The notes below the pieces were generated by a model. It saw only the letters and a list, made by a program, of their open reading frames with translations. It made no database searches and had not been told where the DNA came from. The translations under genes were made by a program, and so were the position numbers. Of a DNA stretch of 64,000 bases, positions 55,146-64,000 are shown one piece after another (the first letter of the stretch is position 1; every line of letters starts with the position of its first letter). Source of the DNA: an uncultured Candidatus Saccharibacteria bacterium (GTDB lineage: Bacteria > Patescibacteriota > Minisyncoccia > UBA6257 > Colwellbacteraceae); contig CAZXPC010000003.1 in NCBI GenBank assembly GCA_964643135.1, forward strand, positions 6,152-70,151, in the 5' to 3' direction.

Positions 55146-55526
55146 TCAGCTGAGTTTTAAAACGGACATCACCTCTTCGGCGATGTTTTCCAGGCTCCAG
55201 TTGGTTTTAATCATAATAACGGCCGCGTCCTTGGTTGCCGGTTCGAGGATAAGGTTCTGGATATCTGAGTTAGTGATAATAATAACGGGGACGGTCTTGC
55301 CTTCCGGGCTGGCTCGAAGCTTCTCAAGCATTTTAACCCCGTTCATAACAGGCATGACAATATCTAAAATAATTACATCAGGCTTTTCCTTTAAGGCGTC
55401 CGTCAGCCCCTCTTCTCCGTTCTCGGCGCTGATAGTCGTGAAACCCTTTTTCTCGAAAATCAAAGAAAGCGCTTTCCGGGCGGCTGGGTCGTCGTCAACA
55501 ATGAGCATCTTTTTTTCTGTGATCAT
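55146..55526 (-). CDS. Single-domain response regulator (CheY-like)
   Basis: LIVDDD, PDVIILDIVMP.MNG, PVIIIT, K. Confidence 0.92.
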   Translation of the reverse strand: MITEKKMLIVDDDPAARKALSLIFEKKGFTTISAENGEEGLTDALKEKPDVIILDIVMPVMNGVKMLEKLRASPEGKTVPVIIITNSDIQNLILEPATKDAAVIMIKTNWSLENIAEEVMSVLKLS

Positions 55527-55565
55527 GTCTACAGTATAGACGATTAAAGCTGGAATTAGTAACTT

Positions 55566-56042
55566 TTAAGAACTGCCGATTAGGAACCCGGCGAGGAAAA
55601 CCAGCGCCCCGCCGACCACGACCTGGACCGTCGAAAGCCAGAAGCTCATTTTGAAATAGTGGTAACGGATATATGAAATCGCGATCAGTTCCAGACCAAC
55701 GACAAAGTAAGCAATATAAAGGGCTTGGTTGAGGTTAGGCATCAGGAAGGGAAGGGTATGCAGGATGCCGCCCACAAAGGTCATGGCTCCGGTAATGAGT
55801 CCGCGCCTAACCGGGTGCCCGCGGCCGGTGTGTTCGCCGCTATCGGACAGCGCTTCGGCAAAAGCCATGCTGATGCCGGCACCGGTTGCCGCTGAAAGGC
55901 CGATTAAGAAGGCAACGTGGGTGTCGTGGGTTGCGAAAGCGGCCGCGAAAATAGGAGCCAGAGTCGAGACCGACCCGTCCATGAGGCCGGCCAAACCGGG
56001 CTGAATAGTCTTTAATATAAATAGCTTTTCTATTTCGTTCAT
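55566..56042 (-). CDS. VIT1/CCC1 family metal transporter (MbfA C-terminal-like)
   Basis: IQPGLAGLMDGSVSTLAPIFAAA, GAGISMAFAEALSD. Confidence 0.88.
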   Translation of the reverse strand: MNEIEKLFILKTIQPGLAGLMDGSVSTLAPIFAAAFATHDTHVAFLIGLSAATGAGISMAFAEALSDSGEHTGRGHPVRRGLITGAMTFVGGILHTLPFLMPNLNQALYIAYFVVGLELIAISYIRYHYFKMSFWLSTVQVVVGGALVFLAGFLIGSS

Positions 56043-56064
56043 AGCTAAGCTATTATAGCCCGGC

Positions 56065-56229
56065 TTACTTGAAAATTGAACTTCCGATAATGATCGTCAA
56101 AAGGAAAAGGAATAAGAATATAAAGAATAGGATTTTAGCGATTTCCAAGGCTGTTCCGGCCACATTGGTAAATCCTAACAAGCCCGCGATCATAGCAACA
56201 ACTAGAAAGATTAAACTCCACTTAAGCAT
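56065..56229 (-). CDS. DUF1328 (YtjA-like) small membrane protein (not in ORF track)
   Basis: MLKWSLIFLVVAMIAGLLGFTNVAGTALEIAKILFFIFL... Confidence 0.88.
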   Translation of the reverse strand: MLKWSLIFLVVAMIAGLLGFTNVAGTALEIAKILFFIFLFLFLLTIIIGSSIFK

Positions 56230-56309
56230 TTTATAAATATGTTTGATATTTCGACCTTTCCCCGTCGTCTATGAGACGTCGTAGACATGATACAATTTCA
56301 TTATACAGC

Positions 56310-57467
56310 ATGGAACCCCTCGCTTCTAAAATAAGACCCCAGAATCTGGACGAATTTATCGGGCAGCAGCACTTGGTCGGGCCGAGCAAGCCGCTTCGCG
56401 TAGCGATCGAGAAAAAGCATCTTTTCTCATTTATACTGTGGGGTCCGCCCGGAGTCGGCAAAACCACGCTGGCTAGGATCTATGCTCAATCTCTAAATGC
56501 TGATTATCACGAACTCTCGGCGGTTTCGGCCGGCAAGGATGATATCCGCAAAATTGTCGAAGCCAAGAATGATCTTTTTGATTCCGCCCGGCCCAAAATA
56601 CTCTTTTTAGACGAGATTCATCGGTTTAATAAAGCCCAACAAGATTTTTTACTGCCTTTTGTCGAGTCGGGCAAGCTGACCTTGATCGGCGCCACTACCG
56701 AGAACCCAAGCTTCGAGGTGATTGTGGCTCTGCTCTCAAGGTGCCGGGTTTTTGTGTTGGAAGAGCTTAAAGAAGCTGACATGAAGAGAATCATCGAACG
56801 CGCCGCCTCGGCGATGGGCTCCGGCATTAGCCCGGAAGCCGCCGAATGGATTATTTCTATGGCCGCCGGCGACGCGCGCCAAGCGATCGCCTTGATTGAA
56901 AACACATCGCGCCTTTACCACGACCTTACTCCGGCGAACCTTAAAAATGCTCTGCAGTCCCGACACTTGCGTTATGACAAAAAAGGGGAGGAGCACTACA
57001 ACACGATCAGCGCTTTCATCAAAAGCATACGCGCCTCACAGCCTGATGCCGCGCTTTACTACCTGGCCCGCATGATTGAGTCGGGCGAGGACCCTAAATT
57101 TATTGCGCGGCGGATGGTGATCTTTGCGAGTGAAGATATCGGCCTGGAAGATTCCGGCGCTTTGGCGCTCGCCAACGCTGTTTTCCAGGCGGTTGATACA
57201 ATCGGCCTGCCCGAATGCGGCATAAATCTGGCGCACGGAGTGGTTTATCTGTCTCTCGCGCCTAAAAGTAAAGCCTCGTATGAGGCTTACATGATGGCCA
57301 TGGAAGACGCTAAAAAATTAGGCAATCTGCCGATTCCTCTAAAGATCCGCAACGCGCCGACCAAGCTCATGAAAGATCTGGGTTATGGCCGCGGCTATGA
57401 ACGCTATTCGAAAGAAGACCTGATGCCGGAAACCTTGAAAGGCAGGAGGTATTTTAAAAAATCTTGA
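56310..57467 (+). CDS. rarA: Replication-associated recombination protein A
   Basis: PLASKIRP, WGPPGVGKTT, DEIHRFNKAQQD, GATTENPSF, SAFIKS, ASEDIG. Confidence 0.96.
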   Translation: MEPLASKIRPQNLDEFIGQQHLVGPSKPLRVAIEKKHLFSFILWGPPGVGKTTLARIYAQSLNADYHELSAVSAGKDDIRKIVEAKNDLFDSARPKILFLDEIHRFNKAQQDFLLPFVESGKLTLIGATTENPSFEVIVALLSRCRVFVLEELKEADMKRIIERAASAMGSGISPEAAEWIISMAAGDARQAIALIENTSRLYHDLTPANLKNALQSRHLRYDKKGEEHYNTISAFIKSIRASQPDAALYYLARMIESGEDPKFIARRMVIFASEDIGLEDSGALALANAVFQAVDTIGLPECGINLAHGVVYLSLAPKSKASYEAYMMAMEDAKKLGNLPIPLKIRNAPTKLMKDLGYGRGYERYSKEDLMPETLKGRRYFKKS

Positions 57468-57575
57468 GGTTGTGTTAGACTTATCGAAGTTTGCGGCTGA
57501 GGTAAAACTGAATATATTTTTAAAATCAAGAAAACTCTTAGCAAAGAATAATTTGTGCTATAATATAACGATAAT

Positions 57576-58520
57576 ATGAATAAACAAGGACGCCAATCAG
57601 TTGTCGAAATTGTATACTACCTTGTTAGCTTTCTATTGTGGGGAGCTTACATGTACATAACTTTTACTGCGCCGATAAATAGAACCAGCACTCTTCTCCA
57701 GGGAGTGAGCGACATTCAGGTACGCCTCATCCAGATTAGCGTGGCCCTGCCTATTTTTATGACTTGGGCTCTGGGACTTTACGGCGGAGTCAGGCTTAAC
57801 CGCTATGCTAATTCGATCCAGGGAAGCAGCGAGGCGAAAGGCTTGCGAATGGTGTCTTATGGCATCATGGCTCTGGTCTTGGGAATTGCGGCCAACCAGG
57901 CGATGGGTTCTTTAAAATCTCTCTATTTAAACAATCCTGCCGCTTTGGAGACTATTATTATAGCCGCCAACTACTTAAAAATGATTGTGACGCTCTTGCC
58001 TTTTGCGATTATGCTTTGGGGTTCGCGCGCTCTTTTGAAATCTATGAATATCAAACCGAAAGAACGGTTCAATTTGTTTTTTCCGGCTTTTTCGCTCGTC
58101 GTAACGGCCAGTCTCTACTTGCTCCTGTATGTTCTCGACCCGGCCAGGCAAACATCAAGCGTCCCTTCGGTTACGCCGACCTATTATTTGTCTGACGGGA
58201 TCGTCATCCTCACCATCGTCGTGCCTTATTTCATAGCCTGGTGGATGGGATTTCTCGCTATCCTGAACATGGAAACTTATATGGAGCAGATCAACGGCGT
58301 TTTGTACAAGAAATCATTCGAACGGTTTTTGATAGGCTTCATCACGATTGTCATGGCTTCCATAGTATTCCAGATAGTTTCAACTATGGCCTCAAAGCTG
58401 ATTCAAATCGGCCTGGGTCCTATATTAATTCTAATTTATATTCTTCTTGCTATTTTAGCCGCGGGCTATATCATCATAGCCCTGGGAGCCAGACGATTAG
58501 ATAAAATAGAAACTGTTTAA
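57576..58520 (+). CDS. Multi-pass membrane hypothetical protein
   Basis: About 8 hydrophobic segments. Confidence 0.75.
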   Translation: MNKQGRQSVVEIVYYLVSFLLWGAYMYITFTAPINRTSTLLQGVSDIQVRLIQISVALPIFMTWALGLYGGVRLNRYANSIQGSSEAKGLRMVSYGIMALVLGIAANQAMGSLKSLYLNNPAALETIIIAANYLKMIVTLLPFAIMLWGSRALLKSMNIKPKERFNLFFPAFSLVVTASLYLLLYVLDPARQTSSVPSVTPTYYLSDGIVILTIVVPYFIAWWMGFLAILNMETYMEQINGVLYKKSFERFLIGFITIVMASIVFQIVSTMASKLIQIGLGPILILIYILLAILAAGYIIIALGARRLDKIETV

Positions 58521-58536
58521 TTTATAAATAATATCC

Positions 58537-58797
58537 ATGGCAATGTATGATGAAGCGATAAAAATAACTACTGACTACCTCGGCCCCGCGGCCAAGCGTT
58601 TTGTCGACCGGCAAATAGTCGCTCATTTGAATAAGCAAAAACCGGAAGAACTGTCTAAGGAAGATATGCCCAAGTTCATTGAATGGGTCAGAATTTCTCT
58701 GTCGCTTTTGACCGAGGAGCAGAAAACTATTGACGACTGTGTGAACAGGCTGAAAACTCTGGAGGGGGGGGGATTAGTGCCTAACTCTGCGCTGTAA
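58537..58797 (+). CDS. Small helical hypothetical protein
   Basis: 86 aa, YLGPAAKRFVDRQI motif; co-oriented with the upstream gene. Confidence 0.72.
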   Translation: MAMYDEAIKITTDYLGPAAKRFVDRQIVAHLNKQKPEELSKEDMPKFIEWVRISLSLLTEEQKTIDDCVNRLKTLEGGGLVPNSAL

Positions 58798-58801
58798 GTC
58801 G

Positions 58802-59356
58802 TTAGCTCTGGGCCTTAAGTCTCGATTCGAGTTGGCTAATTTTTTCTTTCAGCTCGATCATTTTGAGTTCCCGGTCGACCATCAGCTTGTTTAAGCGGTT
58901 GACTTCTTCAAACTTACTCAATTTCTCCTGGGCATTTTTTTCTTCAGTAATGTCCCGGCTGATCATGGATAGTCCGTAGACTTCGTCTCGGTCGTCTTTC
59001 ACGGGAGACAAAGTCAGAGAAACTTCAATTTCCGAGCCGTTCTTTTTAACGTGTCCGCTTTCGTGGTTTTTCACCGGCTCTTTAGCCAGAACCTTCTTGG
59101 TTAATTCATCAATCTCGTCTGAGTGTTCCGCCGGCCAAAGCAAGCTGATGTTCCGGCCGATTACTTCGCTGGTTTTGTAGCCATAAATATTCTCAGCGGC
59201 TTTGTTCCAGCTCTGTATTCGGTTGGTTAAATCCATACTGATAATGGCGTCCTCAGAGGAATCGATGATAGCCGCCAGCTGCGCGTAAGTCTTAAAAAGC
59301 TTTGATTCGATCCGGACGATCGCTTCCTCCGGCAAGTCTGACAATGTGTTTGGCAT
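58802..59356 (-). CDS. Stand-alone PAS domain protein with coiled-coil tail
   Basis: IIDSSEDAII, WNKAAE.IYGY, RDITE, RELKMIELK. Confidence 0.88.
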   Translation of the reverse strand: MPNTLSDLPEEAIVRIESKLFKTYAQLAAIIDSSEDAIISMDLTNRIQSWNKAAENIYGYKTSEVIGRNISLLWPAEHSDEIDELTKKVLAKEPVKNHESGHVKKNGSEIEVSLTLSPVKDDRDEVYGLSMISRDITEEKNAQEKLSKFEEVNRLNKLMVDRELKMIELKEKISQLESRLKAQS

Positions 59357-59424
59357 GGGCGTCTATATTGGCATATTATAGCATTAAATTTGAAAAGCCG
59401 AATGCGCATGTTAATCTGGTTTAT

Positions 59425-59991
59425 ATGAAAGAACTTGAAGCGGTTACACAGATCTTAAAAGACGGCGGAGTTGGGGTGATGCCCACCGACACTATTTACG
59501 GCTTAGTTGGGTCGGCTTTGGCGAAAGATGTGGTAGAGAGGATTTATGCGATCAGGCTCAGGAATACCAAGAAGCCGATGATAATTCTAATCTCCAAACT
59601 TTCCGACCTCCATAAATTTGGCGTCAAACTGACTCCTCTGGACAAGCAAATCTTGAATGGAGTTTGGCCGGGCAAGGTCAGTGTAATTTTAAAAACCAGC
59701 TCCCGGAAGTTCGGATATTTGCGCCGCGGCCAGGGCTCTTTGGCTTTCAGATTGCCCCGGCATCAGAAATTGATGAAGATTTTGCGGAGAACCGGCCCGC
59801 TCACGGCGCCCAGCGCGAATTTAGAAGGCCGACCGCCGGCCAGAAATATCAAGGAAGCGATGAAGTATTTCGGCGACGGAGTTGATTTCTATTTCGACGC
59901 CGGAACGATCAGCGGCGGCCCCTCAACTTTGATATCTCTCTTTGCCGGCAAAGTGAAAGTTTTGCGCGGGCAACTTAAGCGTCTAAGTTGA
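59425..59991 (+). CDS. tsaC: Threonylcarbamoyl-AMP synthase (TsaC/Sua5)
   Basis: PTDTIYGL, WPG, APSANL.G; ATG at 59425. Confidence 0.92.
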   Translation: MKELEAVTQILKDGGVGVMPTDTIYGLVGSALAKDVVERIYAIRLRNTKKPMIILISKLSDLHKFGVKLTPLDKQILNGVWPGKVSVILKTSSRKFGYLRRGQGSLAFRLPRHQKLMKILRRTGPLTAPSANLEGRPPARNIKEAMKYFGDGVDFYFDAGTISGGPSTLISLFAGKVKVLRGQLKRLS

Positions 59992-60032
59992 TATTTCGAG
60001 GCTTTCCGATAGAATTAGCTTCAGCCCGACAC

Positions 60033-61289
60033 ATGAACCAAAATAACGCTAAAAAAAGGCTTTTGCCGGTCATTTTATTCACGATCTTTATCGATATGAT
60101 CGGTTTCGGCATTATTATTCCGATAATGCCCCAGCTCTTCGCCAACCCGGCCTCGCCACTCTATCTTTTGCCTCGGGATTTCTCGTTAAAAACGGCCTAT
60201 ATTATTCTCGGTTTCATCATCGCGAGCTACCCGATCGCCCAGTTTATTTTTGCGCCGATCTTGGGACAGCTCTCCGATAAATTCGGGCGGAAGATTATTC
60301 TGGCGGTTTCGATCGGGGGCGCTTGCCTCGGCTATCTCTTTTTCGGTTTTGGAATTGCCGGTAAGAACTTGATCATGCTCTTTGTTTCCAGGCTGGTGGC
60401 CGGAGCGACCGGCGGCAATATCTCGATCGCGCAGGCTTCGATCGCGGACGTAACTTCTCCCGCCGACCGCGCCAAAAATTTCGGGCTGATGGGAGCGGCT
60501 TTCGGCCTCGGGTTTATTCTTGGCCCTTATATCGGCGGGAAATTGTCTGATCCCGGCTTGGTAAGCTGGTTCGATGCGACTACGCCGTTTTTCTTCGCTT
60601 CACTCCTGAGCTTTCTCAATCTGATTTCGGTGGCTCTTTTCTTTAAAGACACCAATCAGACCATGCTCCACATCAAAATCAACTTCTGGAGTTCCATTAA
60701 GAATATCGTTAAGGCTTTTACCCACGGGGACTTGAAGATGATCTTCATGACGGTTTTTATCTTCAACGCCGGATTCACCTTCTTTACGACCTTCTTTAAT
60801 GTTTTCTTGACCAACCGGTTTCATTTTAACCAGGGGAATATCGGCGACTTTTTTGCCTTTGTCGGCCTTTGCGTCGCTTTAGCCCAGGCCTTTGTTACCC
60901 GCGCGGTCGCTAAAAAATTCAAAGAGCACCAAATTTTGCGTGTCTCGATAATAATAAACGGCATTATTATTTTGCTTTTTCTTTTTGCCGGGTCGCCGTG
61001 GCAGTTATTTCTGATTGTGCCGGTTTTTGCGATCTTTAACGGTCTTTCTCAGGCTAATTCGGCCGCGCTTGTGAGCGCCTCGGCCCCTCAGAGCATTCAG
61101 GGAGAAGTTTTGGGTTTGAACACCAGCGTTACGGCTTTGGCGCAGTCCATTCCGCCTATTCTTTCCGGATTTATCGCGGCCAGCCTGACCCCAGAGTCGC
61201 CGATAATAGTCGCGGCTATTGTGGTCGCGGCAGCCGGAATATTTTTTAACGTTTTCTATAAACATCCTCCGGCCAGCCTGAATCATTAA
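60033..61289 (+). CDS. MFS transporter (TetA/DHA1-like)
   Basis: D.IGFGII.P, G.LSDKFGRK, GAAFGLGFILGP.IGG. Confidence 0.92.
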   Translation: MNQNNAKKRLLPVILFTIFIDMIGFGIIIPIMPQLFANPASPLYLLPRDFSLKTAYIILGFIIASYPIAQFIFAPILGQLSDKFGRKIILAVSIGGACLGYLFFGFGIAGKNLIMLFVSRLVAGATGGNISIAQASIADVTSPADRAKNFGLMGAAFGLGFILGPYIGGKLSDPGLVSWFDATTPFFFASLLSFLNLISVALFFKDTNQTMLHIKINFWSSIKNIVKAFTHGDLKMIFMTVFIFNAGFTFFTTFFNVFLTNRFHFNQGNIGDFFAFVGLCVALAQAFVTRAVAKKFKEHQILRVSIIINGIIILLFLFAGSPWQLFLIVPVFAIFNGLSQANSAALVSASAPQSIQGEVLGLNTSVTALAQSIPPILSGFIAASLTPESPIIVAAIVVAAAGIFFNVFYKHPPASLNH

Positions 61290-61295
61290 ACGCCG

Positions 61296-63734
61296 ATGAT
61301 TAAAACTAAAAAGTTAATTCTCTGGTTTCGAGAAATAGGGCTCGGCGACGTCTCGCTGGTGGGAGGCAAGAACGCTTCATTAGGTGAGCTGGCTGCAAGT
61401 CTTCGATCGCCCGGCGTTAAAACTTCGGATGGATTTGCGATCACCACGGCCGGCTATCGTTTATTTATCGAGGAATCGGGTATTAAAAACAAAATTGAGC
61501 GGATCCTCGCGAAAATCAAAAAAGGGAACTTAAAGAGCCTAAAATCGGGGGCCCGGGAAATTCGGAATTTAATTCTGGAAGCTAAGATGCCGCAAGAATT
61601 GGAGGCTGAGATTTTGGCGGCCTACCAAAAGCTAGGGCGAATGTATTTTAAAAATCCTGACGTGGCGGTTAGATCGTCGGCGATCTTGGAAGACGCGCCG
61701 GATGCATCTTTTGCCGGACAGCAAGAGACGTATCTTAACGTAAGCGGCGAGCCAGCGCTAATCGCGGCGGTCAAAAAATGCATGGCGTCTCTTTTTACTG
61801 ATCGCGCTGTCTCTTACCGCGAGCATAAGGGCCTCGGCGGCTTAACTCGTTCGCTCGCAATGGCGGTCGGCGTGCAGAAAATGGTGAGGTCCGACCTCGC
61901 TTCGAGCGGAGTTATGTTTACGCTCGACACCGAAAGCGGATTTGACCAGGTTATCGCCATTGAGTCGGCCTATGGCTTGGGTGAGATGGTGGTGCAGGGC
62001 AAGATTAATCCGGATAGGTTCGTGGTATTTAAACCGGGACTGCTCACGGGCTACGAGTCGATTATTTCGAAAAGTCTCGGCAGCAAAAAGAAAAAATTTG
62101 TTTATTCAAAGAACGGAGTTGCCGAGCAGCCGGTTAACGGGCCCGATCAAATCAGGCTATCGCTCAGCGACAAGGAGATTCTTAATTTGGCTAAGGCCGG
62201 AGTAGCAATCGAAAAACATTTTTCAAAAAAAGCAGGCGCTAAGTTGAACGCGGAAGTGCCGATGGACATCGAATGGGCTAAGGACGGCCAAACGGGCGAA
62301 CTGTTTATACTGCAGGCGCGCCGAGAAACTGTTTTCGGGCGGCGAGCCGACATGAATTATCACGAAGAATATGTTTTGGAGAAATCATCTGAGCCGGCTA
62401 ATTTGTTAGTAACTGGTGCAGCGGTGGGCGCGAGAATCGGCGCAGGGCGCGTTTATCTGGCTAAAAGTTCTAAAGATTTGAATGGTTTTAAAAAAGGAGA
62501 TGTCTTGGTAACTGAGATCACCGATCCAGACTGGGAGCCGATCATGAAACTGGCCTCGGCGATTGTGACCGACAAGGGCGGCCGAACCAGCCATGCGGCC
62601 ATAGTTTCGCGGGAACTGGGTGTGCCATGCATTGTGGGTTCGAACGACGCGACTAAGACGTTAAAAAGCGGAATGTCAGTTACGGTTGATTGTTCAACCG
62701 GTGAAATCGGCCGAGTTTTCCAAGGTATTTTGAAATATCGAGTCAATAAGATTGATTTCGGCAAAGTGCCGATGACCAGAACTCGTGTGATGCTCAATAT
62801 CGGTGCGCCCGAAGAGGCCTTTAAATATGCCGCCTGGCCGGTTAAGGGTGTTGGCTTAGGCCGAATGGAATTTATTATTAATTCGACCATAAAAATTCAT
62901 CCGAATGCTCTGATCGATTATCGGAAACTAAAATTATCCAAAAACCCGCTGGAGAGGGCGGTGACTAAAAAGATTGAGAGTTTAACCGGCGCTTACCAGG
63001 ATAAGGAGCAGTTCTATATCGACAATCTAGCTTATGGCATTGGGAAAATCGCAGCAGCTTTTTCGCCTCACGATGTCATCATCAGATTTTCTGATTTCAA
63101 AACTAATGAATATCGCTCGCTCTTGGGCGGCGAGTTATATGAACCGCTAGAAGAAAATCCCATGCTGGGCTGGCGCGGTGCTTCCAGGTATTATCACCCT
63201 AATTTTATGAAAGCTTTTGGTTTGGAGTGCGAGGCGATTAAAAAAGTTCGCAACGAGATGGGTCTTAAAAATGTTGTTCCAATGATACCTTTCTGCCGCA
63301 CGCCCGAAGAGGGGAAGAGAGTTATTGATGCCATGAAGGCGAATGGTTTGGACCGAGGTCGCGACAAGAGCCTCAAGATATATATGATGTGCGAGATCCC
63401 GTCGAATGTTATTTTGGCTGATCAATTCTTAGATATTTTTGACGGCATGTCGATTGGTTCCAACGATTTGACCCAGCTAACTCTCGGTTTGGATCGAGAT
63501 TCGCACAATATAACTGGCATTGGCAACGAAAATAACCCCGCCGTTAAGGAATTGATCGGGCTGGCGATTGATAAATGCCAAGCCCGAGGCAAGTATATCG
63601 GCATTTGCGGCCAGGCGCCGTCGGACTACCCCGAATTTACTAAGTTCTTGATAGAGAAGGGCATAGACAGCGTTTCGCTAAACCCTGATTCGGTTTTGAA
63701 AACTATCGCTTTGATTCATAAAGAAGAGGCTTAG
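61296..63734 (+). CDS. ppsA: Phosphoenolpyruvate synthase
   Basis: VGGKNASLGE, AVRSSA..ED, GGRTSHAAIVSRELG, SIGSNDLTQ, GICGQAPSD. Confidence 0.96.
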   Translation: MIKTKKLILWFREIGLGDVSLVGGKNASLGELAASLRSPGVKTSDGFAITTAGYRLFIEESGIKNKIERILAKIKKGNLKSLKSGAREIRNLILEAKMPQELEAEILAAYQKLGRMYFKNPDVAVRSSAILEDAPDASFAGQQETYLNVSGEPALIAAVKKCMASLFTDRAVSYREHKGLGGLTRSLAMAVGVQKMVRSDLASSGVMFTLDTESGFDQVIAIESAYGLGEMVVQGKINPDRFVVFKPGLLTGYESIISKSLGSKKKKFVYSKNGVAEQPVNGPDQIRLSLSDKEILNLAKAGVAIEKHFSKKAGAKLNAEVPMDIEWAKDGQTGELFILQARRETVFGRRADMNYHEEYVLEKSSEPANLLVTGAAVGARIGAGRVYLAKSSKDLNGFKKGDVLVTEITDPDWEPIMKLASAIVTDKGGRTSHAAIVSRELGVPCIVGSNDATKTLKSGMSVTVDCSTGEIGRVFQGILKYRVNKIDFGKVPMTRTRVMLNIGAPEEAFKYAAWPVKGVGLGRMEFIINSTIKIHPNALIDYRKLKLSKNPLERAVTKKIESLTGAYQDKEQFYIDNLAYGIGKIAAAFSPHDVIIRFSDFKTNEYRSLLGGELYEPLEENPMLGWRGASRYYHPNFMKAFGLECEAIKKVRNEMGLKNVVPMIPFCRTPEEGKRVIDAMKANGLDRGRDKSLKIYMMCEIPSNVILADQFLDIFDGMSIGSNDLTQLTLGLDRDSHNITGIGNENNPAVKELIGLAIDKCQARGKYIGICGQAPSDYPEFTKFLIEKGIDSVSLNPDSVLKTIALIHKEEA

Positions 63735-63791
63735 GAGCCGGTTGAAACTTGCTAAGAAGGCGGTTTCCAGATATTCTAGGTTACGTTAAAT

Positions 63792-64000
63792 ATGATCAAT
63801 ATCCCCACAGTTTCGGCTGAGAAAGTTTTCGACATCGCCGGCTTTCCGGTGACCAACACGCTTCTTTTGAGCGTCATCGTGGCTATTTTTCTGATTATTG
63901 TTTCGTTTTTGATCAAATTAAAGTTCGCGGTGGTGCCGAGGGGGCTGCAAAATTTATTTGAATGGATAGTTGAGCAGATGCTGGACCTAACCGAAGGTAT
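63792..64000 (+). CDS. atpB: F0F1 ATP synthase subunit a, partial
   Basis: MINIPTVSAEKVFDIAGFPVTNTLL...VPRGLQNLFEWIVE. Confidence 0.85.
   Translation, partial: MINIPTVSAEKVFDIAGFPVTNTLLLSVIVAIFLIIVSFLIKLKFAVVPRGLQNLFEWIVEQMLDLTEG

Noticed and set aside
1-64000. Genome-wide UGA recoding (genetic code 25)
   Set aside because: Core genes are full length in code 11 and several end in TGA (e.g. tyrS, rarA)

Overview
Chromosomal window of a small-genome bacterium with the gene style of Patescibacteria/CPR (Parcubacteria-like; inferred from AT-rich, mostly SD-less gene starts, tandem VirB2/TrbC-like pilins, a VirD4-like ATPase, a PaaX/Cas2-like regulator and tRNA-Ile(UAU)). The backbone is housekeeping: ruvC, ruvB, guaB, tsaE, mutM, holA, rpsT, ftsH, rpsA, gyrA, rpsO, pnp, nusA, clpP, tyrS, rarA, ppsA, atpB and 10 tRNAs. 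Three things stand out. (1) An intact archaeal-type Cdc6/Orc1 replication initiator (52713-53966) sits behind a bacterial sigma70 promoter with an archaeal-style GGGGTGA ribosome-binding site. (2) It is one of about 8 scattered, GC-rich, monocistronic cassettes with a shared design (TTGACN-17/18 bp-[-10] promoter, usually an SD motif unlike most native genes, complex 3' hairpin plus U-tract), plus two promoter-associated structured non-coding regions. My hypothesis is that these are host-directed effectors for an archaeal host. (3) A dispersed family of back-to-back, covarying structured repeats (8 units at 4 loci) lies downstream of housekeeping genes. All calls were made by eye from the sequence and the ORF track; no searches or folding computations were run.
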